Part shown: positions 47,350 to 57,516 of the stretch, one piece after another | How the letters are laid out: every line of letters starts with the position of its first letter | How positions within the stretch are numbered: the first letter of the stretch is position 1 | Assembly: GCA_965249725.1 (NCBI GenBank) | Contig: CBDFMQ010000002.1 | Span: 1,504,001-1,568,000, forward strand | Direction: 5' to 3' | DNA length: 64,000 nucleotides | Source: Longimicrobiales bacterium | GTDB taxonomy: Bacteria > Gemmatimonadota > Gemmatimonadetes > Longimicrobiales > Gaopeijiaceae | Position numbers and translations under genes: made by a program | The notes under the pieces: generated by a model | What the model was told of the DNA's origin: nothing | What the model saw: the letters and a program-made list of their open reading frames with translations, nothing else | Databases searched by the model: none

Positions 47350-48705
47350 CTAGAGTCCGAAGCGTTCAACGTAGCGCGCGAGACGCGAGCGTGAGATCCC
47401 GAGCCGCCCCGCCGCCTCGGTCTTGTTGCCTCCAGTGCTCTCGAGCACCGAACGAAGCTGCCGCTCGATCGCACCGTCCAGAGTCATGTCACCCTCGTTG
47501 GCGGGGAGCGCCTGATCGGCCGGCCGGCGGTTGTCCCCCGCGAGGCCGAGCGCGAGATGTTCAGGCCCCACAACAGGCCCGCGTGCGACGACAGCACCTC
47601 TCGTGAGTGCGTTCTCGAGCTCACGCACGTTACCGGGCCAGTCGTGCGCGAGGAGTTCTCCCATCGCCGCCTCGGAGATCTGCCGAACGTCGCTACCTGT
47701 CTCGGTGCGGATTCTACTCAGGAGATGGTTCGCCAGAAGAGGAATGTCGTCTTTCCGCTCTCTCAGGTTGGGCACGACCATCTCGACGACGCGCAGGCGA
47801 AAGTAGAGATCCTCCCGGAATCCCCCCTCCTTGACGAGTTCCTCCATCGGTTGGTGCGTGGCTGCGACCACCCGGGCTTCCGTCCGCTTCGCTTGCTCGC
47901 CTCCCACAGGATAGAACTGCCTCTCCTGGAGCACGCGGAGCAACTTCGATTGAAAGTCGGGCGAAGTGTCGCCGATCTCGTCCAGAAAGATGGTCCCCCG
48001 CCCCGCCAGCTCGAAGTACCCCTTCTTGTTGGCGACGGCACCGGTAAACGCACCGCGGGCGTGCCCGAACAGCTCCGATTCCAGCAGCGTGTCGGTGAGC
48101 GCCGTGCAGTTCACCGCAATGAAGGGATCGGCTGCGTGGAGCGAGTGGTCGTGTATGGCGCGGGCCACCATCTCCTTACCCGTACCGGTCTCGCCGCGCA
48201 CGAGCACCGTGGTTCGGTTGCGGGACAGAACACCGATCATCTTGTAGATGTCGATCATCCGCGGGTCACGGCCCACCACGGTACCGGATGCTTCCGGGTC
48301 GGCGATGTCAGGCTCGGGATCCTCGGCGGCGGCACGGACCAGTTCCTGCTCGCCGAGGCAGCGCTCGACGACGGACTCCAGTTCCTTCAGGCCCACGGGC
48401 TTGACCAAGTAGTCGAACGCCCCGGACTTCATGGCCTCCACGGCCGACGTCATCGAGTCATGTCCGGTCATTACGATGACATCCACCCCCGCCATCGATT
48501 CGCGGAGCCGGTTCAGGAGCTCCAGCCCCGTCATCCCCTCCATCCGGACGTCGGTGATGACGACCGCGGGATCGAACGACATCACCTTGCCCAGGGCCTC
48601 CTCCGCGCTCTCCGCCTCATCCAGTTCATAGCCCGAATGCTCGAGCTTGGTCCGGAAGACCGAGCGGGTGTCGGCGTCGTCGTCGACGAGCAAGATGCGA
48701 GACAA
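47350..48705 (-). CDS. Sigma-54-dependent response regulator (NtrC family)
   Basis: Receiver domain, GETGTGKE, GAFTGA, WPGNVREL, Fis-type HTH. Confidence 0.93.
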   Translation of the reverse strand: MSRILLVDDDADTRSVFRTKLEHSGYELDEAESAEEALGKVMSFDPAVVITDVRMEGMTGLELLNRLRESMAGVDVIVMTGHDSMTSAVEAMKSGAFDYLVKPVGLKELESVVERCLGEQELVRAAAEDPEPDIADPEASGTVVGRDPRMIDIYKMIGVLSRNRTTVLVRGETGTGKEMVARAIHDHSLHAADPFIAVNCTALTDTLLESELFGHARGAFTGAVANKKGYFELAGRGTIFLDEIGDTSPDFQSKLLRVLQERQFYPVGGEQAKRTEARVVAATHQPMEELVKEGGFREDLYFRLRVVEMVVPNLRERKDDIPLLANHLLSRIRTETGSDVRQISEAAMGELLAHDWPGNVRELENALTRGAVVARGPVVGPEHLALGLAGDNRRPADQALPANEGDMTLDGAIERQLRSVLESTGGNKTEAAGRLGISRSRLARYVERFGL

Positions 48706-48774
48706 AGTGTCCTCTACAGGCCTGTTGAATGGGTACAGCGGGTCGCGTTAGCAGCGCCGAGGCGTCCGTCACTC

Positions 48775-49734
48775 TTACTCCGACCCGTCGGAGTCGGGTC
48801 CCGGCTGCTCGGGGGGCGAGGCGTCCTCCATCCAGAAACTGGGCTGATCGGGAGCGTCCAAGGCCCTCAGGCGGGCGAGACGTTCGCGCCGGGCCCTTCG
48901 CCGGACTCCCACCATGGCGACCATCGCCAGGCTCAGGAACATCCAGAATACGGCCGAGTGCGACAGAACGAAGATCCAGCCATACCGGTCCTTAACGTAG
49001 CGACGCCAATCCTCCTCGAACTGGGCCGTGGTAACGCCGTAGGTGGATCGGAATGCCCGCTCGAAATTGCTCGTCTCCTTCCACCGGGCGAGCAACACTT
49101 CGAGAGCCCTTGGACTGCTCTGCACGACCAGATACTCGATGGTGGTGGCGGAGAGCAGGTACGCGGTCTGGGCGCGGGCCTGGTCCCGAGGCCACGAGAG
49201 GGCGAGAGAGTCCAGCGGGTTTCGATCCCTCGCCAGGGCCACCCTGAGCTTCCAACCCTCCGACCAATCCCATCCGCCGCTGGCCCACTGCGCGTATCCC
49301 TCGGAAAACCACCTCGGGACCCGGAGTCCGTCCAGGTACTGGTGCAGCCCGATGTGTGCCCATTCGTGACGGAGTACCTGGCTGTCGCTCCACCCACGTC
49401 CGCGGGCCGATACGTATGCGGGCATGACGATGGTCGCCTCGGCCGGCAAGGCGACCCCAGCGCCCCAATCTGGAGCTCGTCCTCCGGTCAGTCGCTGAAA
49501 CCCGGCCTCGTCAGCCGCAAGGAAGACCCGAACGTCTTGAGGCATCCCCGACGGTAGTCCTGGTAGCGGGGGGGCCGTCTCCAGGGCGGACAGAACGAGC
49601 GCGGCCTTGCCGGAGTCGGGCGGCATGAAGAAGACGGTCGCTCGGTTTCCAACGAGCTGGTCGCCACCGTCGAACGCCTGCGTGGGAGTGTCCTGCCCGA
49701 TCCCGAAGAGGAGGACCAGGAGTGCGGAGATCAC
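48775..49734 (-). CDS. Peptidase MA-like metalloprotease
   Basis: HEWAH plus WFSEG; signal peptide and C-terminal transmembrane helix. Confidence 0.75.
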   Translation of the reverse strand: MISALLVLLFGIGQDTPTQAFDGGDQLVGNRATVFFMPPDSGKAALVLSALETAPPLPGLPSGMPQDVRVFLAADEAGFQRLTGGRAPDWGAGVALPAEATIVMPAYVSARGRGWSDSQVLRHEWAHIGLHQYLDGLRVPRWFSEGYAQWASGGWDWSEGWKLRVALARDRNPLDSLALSWPRDQARAQTAYLLSATTIEYLVVQSSPRALEVLLARWKETSNFERAFRSTYGVTTAQFEEDWRRYVKDRYGWIFVLSHSAVFWMFLSLAMVAMVGVRRRARRERLARLRALDAPDQPSFWMEDASPPEQPGPDSDGSE

Positions 49735-51347
49735 GCTCCCTCAGGCGCCCCGATCTGATCGAGCTTGGCCTGAAGCGTGTGGTTTTCCGGATTGAGCTCC
49801 AGGGCACGCCGCCAGAGCACTCCCGCCTCAGCTGTCTGGGAATTCTCCAGAGCGATGGCCCCGAGTTTGATGTAGACGTCGTCTCCGAGGCGGGGATCGG
49901 CTTCGACCGCGAGCTCGTACTGGAACTGTGCCCGCTCCTTGTCACCTCGGCGCAGGGCCTGGTCCCCCAGGGCCTTGTGGGCCTGGGGCACCACCGGCTC
50001 ACGCTCCAGAGCACGTTCGTAGTAGCTCTCGGCGGCCTCGTTCTCTCCTCGGTGCTCCAGCACCGCCCCGGTGTTGACCAGAATCGCCCCGTCCTGTGGG
50101 TACAGCTTCAGGCCCTCCCGGCCGATCTCGACGGCTCGGTCCATGTCGCCGGCGATTCCGGACGCGAGCACTGAGAACGCGAAGAACATCGGTGACAGCG
50201 TTCCATCGCCGACCTTGTCCTGATAGCCCTTGAACGAGCCCATGGCGGCCGCTCCGTCCCCGGCCTTGAACTGTACGATGCCGCGAGCGAGGAGAAGACA
50301 GGGGTCGTCGGCATCAAGCTTCTCGGCCTCCGCGAGCGCGACGAGCGCATCGTCGTAACGCCCGATCCTCTCGAGGGCCAGCGCATGGTTACGGTGCAGC
50401 GGGTAGGTCATCTCGGCGGCATCTCCCATCTCGTCGAAATGCACGCTCGCCTCCTGTGCCCGCCCGGACTTGAGGCTGATGAGACCGAGATACGCCCGCG
50501 CCTGCGGATGCTTGGCATCCAGCTCTAGCGTCTTTCGGAACTCCCTCATGGAGTCCTCCATCATCCCCGACCGGTAGAACGCCAAGCCGAGGTTGAGGTG
50601 CTCATCGACCGAGCCCTTCGCCTGCGACTCCGCGGATCGCTTGCCGACCTGTACCGCGAATCCCGCCTGAATAAGCCCGTAGAGCGCCTTGCCCGTGTCG
50701 AACTCCACCAAGCCCGAATCGTCCACCAAATTGGCCACGGTGCGTTCGCCGTCGATGAGCGGAATGATCCGCTGCTGTCCGTCCGTGAGCTCGATGCCTT
50801 CCTCCTGAAGAGGATCCCGCTCGAGGGAGAAGATCAGGTCCATCGACGAGATCTTCCTCTCGATCAAGCTCCACTCATCGACCCGACGGGCCCCCTCCAT
50901 CAGGAGCGCATCGATGCTGATGGATACCCGCATCACATGATCTTCGGGTACGATGTCTGGCTGGAACTGGAACGTGCCCTGATCCCAGGTAAAGACGTGG
51001 TAGACGGCCTCTTCGATCTGTAGCGAGATGTACCGCTCGAGCTCCTCCTGAGTGAGGGCTCCTCCCTCGACCAGCAGCTGCCCGAGCTTCTTGCCCTTTT
51101 CGTGGGCCTGCTTCTCCATCGCCTCCGAAAGCTGATCCCGGTCAATCACTTCGTTCTTGACCAGGAGCTCACCGAGCCGATCCGGGCGGTTTACCACCGA
51201 CGCGTATATGACCCGACCGTCCTCGAAGTAGATGTAGCCGAAGTTGGACTGGTCTGTCAGTGACAGGCAGCCCGTCTTCCCTCCCATGGCCAGCAGCTGG
51301 GAGATATCGGCTAAGCTGACATCCGCGAGAGCGCCTTCGATCGCCAT
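49731..51347 (-). CDS. DUF4388 (PatA-N-like) domain plus TPR protein
   Basis: MAIEGALADVSLADISQLL...GYIYFEDGRV...RLGELLV...LLMEGARRVDEW; TPR helices. Confidence 0.85.
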   Translation of the reverse strand: MAIEGALADVSLADISQLLAMGGKTGCLSLTDQSNFGYIYFEDGRVIYASVVNRPDRLGELLVKNEVIDRDQLSEAMEKQAHEKGKKLGQLLVEGGALTQEELERYISLQIEEAVYHVFTWDQGTFQFQPDIVPEDHVMRVSISIDALLMEGARRVDEWSLIERKISSMDLIFSLERDPLQEEGIELTDGQQRIIPLIDGERTVANLVDDSGLVEFDTGKALYGLIQAGFAVQVGKRSAESQAKGSVDEHLNLGLAFYRSGMMEDSMREFRKTLELDAKHPQARAYLGLISLKSGRAQEASVHFDEMGDAAEMTYPLHRNHALALERIGRYDDALVALAEAEKLDADDPCLLLARGIVQFKAGDGAAAMGSFKGYQDKVGDGTLSPMFFAFSVLASGIAGDMDRAVEIGREGLKLYPQDGAILVNTGAVLEHRGENEAAESYYERALEREPVVPQAHKALGDQALRRGDKERAQFQYELAVEADPRLGDDVYIKLGAIALENSQTAEAGVLWRRALELNPENHTLQAKLDQIGAPEGA

Positions 51348-51353
51348 ATCGCC

Positions 51354-53348
51354 TTACTCTTCCTCTTCGACTGCAACAATGCGGTCTTCGATGACCGGCC
51401 AGTCCCAAACCACGTTCTCCCTGGAGGGACGCCACGGAGACCCCGGATCGGCGACAACCTCTGGTTCCGCTACCAGCTCCGCAGGCGCTGCCGCGACCTC
51501 CTCGGGCTCCATGATGATCATCCCACCCCGGTCCCCGACCTCGATCTCCTCGAGCGGCGGCACGACCCCGGCCCCGGACTTGGGCCTGATGAACCCTGAC
51601 CACAGATCCTCGTCCTGGATGTACTCGGGGGGAGCTTCCTCGAGGTTCAGCGTCGCCGCGCCGGGAGGCAACGATTCGGGCGTCGCCTCAACGACGAGAC
51701 CCATCTCGAAGCGCGAGCGGAGGCGATCATCGATGCCTGTGATTCCGGCGGGCTCCCGATCGCCCGTAATCAGGATCTTGGCTCCCTTCCGCTTGGACGC
51801 CTCGAAGAGGTGGAAGAACTCGTCCTGGGCCCGCTCCGTGTCGGAGAGTGCCTGAGCGTCGTAGACCAGGAGGAGATCGACACCCCACCAACGCTCTCTC
51901 CAGGCACCCGCCACGCCATCGGACAGGGCGCGTATGAAGTCCTCCGAGAATTCCTCCGCGGACACGATCGCGTAGCTTCCGAGCTTGTCGTGGTCCCGGT
52001 ACATGCGGGCGGTCGCAGCCAAGAGGGCCATCGGTCCGTCAGGCGTCGGACTCCACACATAGAGCGGATTGTACTCAGGGCGCTCTTCAGTCACCAGCTG
52101 TTGGGCGGCCTTTATTGCCACCGCGGGAAAGTGGTCCGCGAGATCGTCGAGCTGCGGCCCCTCGCCGATGAGCGGGAACGGGCGCACGCGCTCCATCGCA
52201 GACGCCAACAGAGACTCGGCCTCGTCCAGTCGCTCCGGATCCTTGAGAAGGCCAACCGCAGCCTCAGGCCAGGGATTCCCCACCTTGTCGAGTGACTTGG
52301 CGATCTGGCGCAGCCTCGTGATGTCGCGCCGAAACTCGTCCGCAACGGCCTGGGGATCGGCAGGAGCTTCGTCGCCTTCGAAGAGCATTCGGAGCCGAGT
52401 GCCCGAGTAGCCGTCCTTCTCGAAGCTCTCTGCGGTCTCCCTGAGCACCCTTCGCCATGGAGCCTCTTCCCGCTCCACCTTGGTGGCCACCGTTTGGCTC
52501 AGTTCCTCCATGAACGAGCCGAACTCGTCCAGGAGCTGCTGACCCGCGATCGGGCCTCCCGCCGCAGACTCCGCCTGAAGGCCCGGCATGGCTTTGACCT
52601 CGTCGGCCGTTACCTGCCTGCCTTCGAGCTCCTGGATCGCCAGCACCTTGTTGAGGGCGCCAGCGAGCTCCCGCACGCTCTTGAACGCGAACTTGGCCAA
52701 CACCTCGGCCACCCCAGCCTCGAACGACTGACCACGTTCCTCAGCCTTCTTCCGGAGGATGGCCACCTTGGTCTCGTACTCGGGAGCGGCGATATCGACG
52801 ATTAGACCGCCGGAGAACCTGGTGACCAGCCGCTCGTCGAGCCCGTCTATCTCCGAAGGTGGGCGATCACTGGCCAGAACGATCTGACCACCGGAGGCAC
52901 TGAGCTGGTCCAAGAGCCGCAGCAGCATTTCCTGGGCTTCCTTCTGCCCGGTCAGGAACTGCACGTCATCGAGGAGCAGGATGTGTAGTTCTTCGTACTG
53001 CTCCCGAAGCTCGTCCTGGGTGCCGGCCTGGAGCGCCCGTGTCAGCTCGTCGAGGAAGACCTCGACCGCCAGGTAGACGACTCCGAACTCCGGGTGGACC
53101 TTGGTCGCGTAGTGCGCGATACCACTGAGAATGTGGCTCTTGCCGAGGCCGGAACCCGAGTAGATGAAAAGCGGGTTGTACGAGGTGCCGGGAGCGTCTG
53201 CCGCACGACGAGCGGCCGCAGAGGCCAGCCGATTGGCGGGCCCCACGACAAAGCTGTCGAAGGTGAACCTCGGATCCAGATCCGTCGCTACCACCGGTTT
53301 CTGCCTGCCTCGCTCATGGTACGTCTTCCGATCGTGCCCACTCGGCAC
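51354..53348 (-). CDS. DnaA/Hda-like protein with two AAA+ modules
   Basis: FTFDSFVVGPANRLA, YNPLFIYSGSGLGKSH, LLLDDVQF, RLVTRF; second module YNPLYVW...QDEFFHLF...RLRSRF; start may be ~53294. Confidence 0.8.
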   Translation of the reverse strand: MPSGHDRKTYHERGRQKPVVATDLDPRFTFDSFVVGPANRLASAAARRAADAPGTSYNPLFIYSGSGLGKSHILSGIAHYATKVHPEFGVVYLAVEVFLDELTRALQAGTQDELREQYEELHILLLDDVQFLTGQKEAQEMLLRLLDQLSASGGQIVLASDRPPSEIDGLDERLVTRFSGGLIVDIAAPEYETKVAILRKKAEERGQSFEAGVAEVLAKFAFKSVRELAGALNKVLAIQELEGRQVTADEVKAMPGLQAESAAGGPIAGQQLLDEFGSFMEELSQTVATKVEREEAPWRRVLRETAESFEKDGYSGTRLRMLFEGDEAPADPQAVADEFRRDITRLRQIAKSLDKVGNPWPEAAVGLLKDPERLDEAESLLASAMERVRPFPLIGEGPQLDDLADHFPAVAIKAAQQLVTEERPEYNPLYVWSPTPDGPMALLAATARMYRDHDKLGSYAIVSAEEFSEDFIRALSDGVAGAWRERWWGVDLLLVYDAQALSDTERAQDEFFHLFEASKRKGAKILITGDREPAGITGIDDRLRSRFEMGLVVEATPESLPPGAATLNLEEAPPEYIQDEDLWSGFIRPKSGAGVVPPLEEIEVGDRGGMIIMEPEEVAAAPAELVAEPEVVADPGSPWRPSRENVVWDWPVIEDRIVAVEEEE

Positions 53349-54279
53349 ACGAACTCAGGTCCTCTGGGAGCGGTGCCTCGAAGCGGAGCCTCTCATCGCT
53401 GACCGGATGTTGAAAGGAAAGCCGCCACGCGTGTAGGAACTGCCTTGCTACGCGCTTGTTGAGCAATTGCGCCCAACGATGTGCTTTCCCGCCCATCCCT
53501 CGCTCCCAACCCACTCCGTAAACAGGATCTCCCACCACCGGATGCCCGATGTGGGCGAGGTGAACCCTGATTTGGTGCGTCCTTCCGGTCTCGAGTGCAA
53601 CGTCCAACAACTCCGCGCCGAGCCAATGCTCGGCCACTCGAAAGCGGGTGACTGCTCGGCGCCCTCCCTCCACAACAGCCATGCGCTGTCGGTTGGCCGG
53701 ATCCCGTCCCACCGGCGCATCCACCTCAAGCGGAGTCTCGGAGAGATGCCCCCAGGACGCCGCCTTGTATAAGCGCTTAATCTCACGTCGTTGGAGCGCT
53801 TCGGAAAGGGCATGATGCGCGGCGTCGTTCTTGGCCACAACCAGCAGTCCCGACGTGTCCTTGTCCAGGCGGTGTACGATGCCGGGCCGAAGCTTTCCAC
53901 CGATGCCCGAGAGGTCTTTCGCATGGGCCAGCAGGGCGTTGACCAACGTGCCGGTCGAGTGCCCCGGACCCGGGTGGACGACCATCCCGGCGGCCTTGTT
54001 CACCACCACAACCGAGGCATCCTCGAAGAGGACATCGAGCGGAATGTCCTCGGGCTCAATGGTCAGGGCCTCAGGCGCCGGAACGCGCACCTCGATCCGT
54101 TGCCCCTCGTCGAGCCGCTCGGACTTGCGGGGCGGCTGTCCGTCGAGCAGGACCATTCCATCTTCCACCAGGCCCTGCACCCGGGTCCGCGAAAGCCCCA
54201 AATGATCCGCCACATAGGTGTCGAGGCGGTCGCCTTCCCGCTCAACCGTCAAGATCTCGACGCGCTCTTCCGACGTCAT
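53314..54279 (-). CDS. rluD: RluA-family 23S rRNA pseudouridine synthase
   Basis: S4 domain, GIVHRLDKDTSG, GRTHQIRVH. Confidence 0.88.
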   Translation of the reverse strand: MTSEERVEILTVEREGDRLDTYVADHLGLSRTRVQGLVEDGMVLLDGQPPRKSERLDEGQRIEVRVPAPEALTIEPEDIPLDVLFEDASVVVVNKAAGMVVHPGPGHSTGTLVNALLAHAKDLSGIGGKLRPGIVHRLDKDTSGLLVVAKNDAAHHALSEALQRREIKRLYKAASWGHLSETPLEVDAPVGRDPANRQRMAVVEGGRRAVTRFRVAEHWLGAELLDVALETGRTHQIRVHLAHIGHPVVGDPVYGVGWERGMGGKAHRWAQLLNKRVARQFLHAWRLSFQHPVSDERLRFEAPLPEDLSSCAEWARSEDVP

Positions 54280-57200
54280 TCAGCCAGCGGCCCCGGGCGC
54301 ACCAGTCTCACCCTTGGAATCGACCTCCACTTCCCGGTTCAGAGCGATCACCGCGGCCAAGTCGTCGATCTGGATGCTCGACATCGCGTCGTACCCCTCC
54401 ACTTCACCGCCGTCACTCTCGATCACCAACCGGACCGCAAGCGTCTCTCCACAGATGAAGTCGCGGTAGTCGTCCGCAGCCGCCTGAATCTCCTCCGGCC
54501 CGAAGATGGCCAGTCGAATCCGATCCGTGATCTCGAGGCCACCTTCCTTGCGGAGACGCTGAATGCGGTTGACCAGCTCTCTGGCTCGTCCTTCGGCCCG
54601 GAGGTCGTCGCTCAGCACGGGGTCCAACGCAGCGGTGTAGCCGCCCTCTGAGCGCACCACCAGTTCACCTTTCGACTCCTCGACTACCTCGAAATCCTCG
54701 ACTTCGAGATGTACCGTGCGCCCCCCGACCTCGATCGAGACCGGCTCGCCGTTCCGGTGTGCCCCCAGGGCCTCCGGCGACAGGCTGCGAATCGCGGCCG
54801 CAGCAAGTTCGGAGTCCTTCTGAAACCGAGGGCCGAGAGCCTTGAAGTTCGGCTTCGCGACCAATGTGACCAATCCCTCGGCCGACGTCAGAAAGTCGAC
54901 CTCCTTCACATTGAGTTCTTCTCGGAGCAGGCTCAGAACGTCGAGACGGATCTCCACGTCGCCCGGTACCACGGCGAACAACCGCTGGAGCGGCTGCCGC
55001 ACGCGGATCTTGACCTCCTCCCGCGCCGCCCGGCCGAGGGAGACCAGGGCGCGGACGGCCGCCATTTCGTCTTCGAGAGCCTTGTCGACACCGTCGGTGT
55101 CGGCCTCGGGAAAGGACTGCAAGTGCACGCTCTCACCCGTGAGACCCTGGTGGATCCAATCCGTCACGAACGGCGTCACAGGGGCTGCCACCAGACACAC
55201 GGTGCGGAGCGCCTCCTGGAGCGTCCGGAACGCGGCCCGGGCGTCCGCAGCGTCCGTGTTTCCCCAGAACCGCGGGCGGGACCGTCTCACGTACCAGTTC
55301 GACAGCTCCTCGCTGACGAACTCTCCGAGGGTCCGATAGGCCCGAGTGAGCTGATAGGAATCGAGTTCCTCGCGAACCTCGGCCACCACCGATGTCAGAC
55401 GGGACAGAAGCCACCGGTCGAGCAGGCTACGATCGGCCGGAGCCGGATCCGCATCGGACGGGGCCCATTCCTCGGCGTTGGCATAAAGCGTGAAGAACCG
55501 GTAGGTGTTGAACAGCGTATCCAGGAACTTGCGTGAGCTCTCCTTCACTGCCGTCGGATCGTATCTCTTGGGCACCCAGGGATTGCTGGCCGTAATGAAA
55601 TACCAGCGGATCCCGTCCGCCCCGTGGTCGCCTATCGCGTCCCAGGGATCGACGGTATTGCCCTTGGACTTCGACATCTTCTGGCCATCGGCATCGAGAA
55701 TCAGATCGTTGACGACCACGTTCCTGAATGGAGGCCCCACGTCGAGCATGGTCGCGATGGCCAGGAGGGAATAGAACCAGCCACGAGTCTGGTCGAGCCC
55801 TTCACAGATGAAGTCCGCCGGGAAGTGGCGTTCGAAGTCTTCATGGTTCTCGAACGGGTAGTGCCACTGGGCGTAGGGCATCGACCCCGAGTCGAACCAC
55901 GCGTCGACCACTTCGGGTGCCCGGCGCATCGTGCCGTCGCACTGCGTACAACCCCACGTGTGTTCGTCGATGTACGGACGGTGCGGATCGAAATCATCGC
56001 CCAAGGGACCGGCACGCCCTTCCAGCTCCTCGAAGCTGCTGATCCACTCCAGGTGGTCTTCTTCGGCATCGCATACCCAGACGGGCAGCGGAGTCCCCCA
56101 GTACCGATCCCGCGAGAGAGCCCAGTCCACGTTGCCCTTCAACCACTCGCCCATCCGCCCCTCGCCCACATCCGGTGGGAACCAGTTGGCGGCATCGTTG
56201 TTCGCCAACATTTCGTCCTTGAGCGTAGACGTGGCGGCGAACCATGAGTCTCTGGCGAGGTAGAGCAGCGGTGACTCGCACCTCCAACAATGCGGGTAGG
56301 AGTGCACCTCGGTGCCGAACCGGAACAGGTTGCCTCTCTCATCGAGGGCCTCGACAAGCCGCGGATCGGCATCTTTGACGAACATCCCCCCGACCAGCTC
56401 CACGTCGGGAAGGAAGCATCCGGCGTCGTCGATGGGTCGAAGCATCGGCAGGCCGTGCCGCTGTCCCGCGGCGTAGTCATCGGAACCGAAGGCAGGCGCC
56501 ATGTGCACGATGCCGGTGCCGTCTTCGGAGCTGACGAAGTCCTCGTTGACGACCGTCCAACCGTTCTCTGGGTCGGCCGGCATCGCCACCACCTCCAGTG
56601 GACGCGCGTACCGGACTCCGGCCAGTTCGGTCCCCTTGTAGCGTCGAACCACCTCGACCCCTTCGCCCATCACCGCCTCGAGGCGATCCTCCGCAAGCAC
56701 CAGCACCCGCCCGTCTTGCTCGACCTGCACGTAGGTCAGGTCCGGGTGAATAGCGAGGCCGGTGTTGGACGGGACGGTCCACGGGGTGGTGGTCCACACC
56801 ACGAATGCTCGTCCCTCGGGGTCAGGATCCCCGTCCGGCGTGAGCCAGCGACAGAGGAAGTGGAGCGACGAATCCTCGATGTCCTTGTAACCCTGAGCCA
56901 CCTCGTGGGAGCTGAGCGCAGTGCCGCAGCGGGGGCAGTAAGGAACGCTCTTGTACCCCTTGTAGAGCAGTCCGCGATCGGCCAGCTGCTTGAAGATCCA
57001 CCAAACGCTCTCCACATAACTCGAGTGGAAGGTGACGTACGGACGCGAGTAGTCGAGCCAATATCCGATGCGCTCGGACAGGTTCTCCCAGTCCTCCTTG
57101 TACGTGAACACCGAGTTCCGGCAGGCCTCGTTGAACTCGGCTATACCCAGGGCCTCGATCTCCGGCTTGCCGCTGATCCCCAGGCGCTTTTCGGCCTCGA

Positions 57201-57480
57201 TCTCCACCGGGAGCCCGTGTGTGTCCCAGCCGGCGATGCGCGTAACGCTCCTTCCCTCCATGGTCCGCAGCCGACAAACGAGATCCTTGATCGTGCGACT
57301 GATGATGTGATGGAGTCCGGGCTTTCCGTTCGCCGTGGGCGGACCCTCGAAGAACACGAAGGGCTCTCCGCCCTCCGTCGCCTCCAGCGTCTGGTGGAAG
57401 AGGTCCTCGGCCCTCCAACGGCCGAGCGTCTCCTCTTCCAGCGTGATCAGGGTGTCGGGTATCTCTGGGTATCGCATCAA
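54280..57480 (-). CDS. ileS: Isoleucine-tRNA ligase (type 2)
   Basis: EGPPTANG, GWDTHGLP, WTTTPWT, GTGIVH, SRDRYWGTP, KMSKS; long C-terminal domain. Confidence 0.95.
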   Translation of the reverse strand: MMRYPEIPDTLITLEEETLGRWRAEDLFHQTLEATEGGEPFVFFEGPPTANGKPGLHHIISRTIKDLVCRLRTMEGRSVTRIAGWDTHGLPVEIEAEKRLGISGKPEIEALGIAEFNEACRNSVFTYKEDWENLSERIGYWLDYSRPYVTFHSSYVESVWWIFKQLADRGLLYKGYKSVPYCPRCGTALSSHEVAQGYKDIEDSSLHFLCRWLTPDGDPDPEGRAFVVWTTTPWTVPSNTGLAIHPDLTYVQVEQDGRVLVLAEDRLEAVMGEGVEVVRRYKGTELAGVRYARPLEVVAMPADPENGWTVVNEDFVSSEDGTGIVHMAPAFGSDDYAAGQRHGLPMLRPIDDAGCFLPDVELVGGMFVKDADPRLVEALDERGNLFRFGTEVHSYPHCWRCESPLLYLARDSWFAATSTLKDEMLANNDAANWFPPDVGEGRMGEWLKGNVDWALSRDRYWGTPLPVWVCDAEEDHLEWISSFEELEGRAGPLGDDFDPHRPYIDEHTWGCTQCDGTMRRAPEVVDAWFDSGSMPYAQWHYPFENHEDFERHFPADFICEGLDQTRGWFYSLLAIATMLDVGPPFRNVVVNDLILDADGQKMSKSKGNTVDPWDAIGDHGADGIRWYFITASNPWVPKRYDPTAVKESSRKFLDTLFNTYRFFTLYANAEEWAPSDADPAPADRSLLDRWLLSRLTSVVAEVREELDSYQLTRAYRTLGEFVSEELSNWYVRRSRPRFWGNTDAADARAAFRTLQEALRTVCLVAAPVTPFVTDWIHQGLTGESVHLQSFPEADTDGVDKALEDEMAAVRALVSLGRAAREEVKIRVRQPLQRLFAVVPGDVEIRLDVLSLLREELNVKEVDFLTSAEGLVTLVAKPNFKALGPRFQKDSELAAAAIRSLSPEALGAHRNGEPVSIEVGGRTVHLEVEDFEVVEESKGELVVRSEGGYTAALDPVLSDDLRAEGRARELVNRIQRLRKEGGLEITDRIRLAIFGPEEIQAAADDYRDFICGETLAVRLVIESDGGEVEGYDAMSSIQIDDLAAVIALNREVEVDSKGETGAPGAAG

Positions 57481-57516
57481 TTCGTGCCTGTCTTCTCGTG
57501 CCTGTCTTCGTTGTGT

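Noticed and set aside
47557..49557. Long antisense ORFs (this 666-aa one, 56290-57930, 2222-3718 and similar)
   Set aside because: Shadow ORFs opposite well-supported genes, expected in GC-rich DNA.
51354..53348. Chromosomal dnaA and oriC
   Set aside because: Domains I and IV are missing, and no dnaN or DnaA-box cluster was seen nearby.
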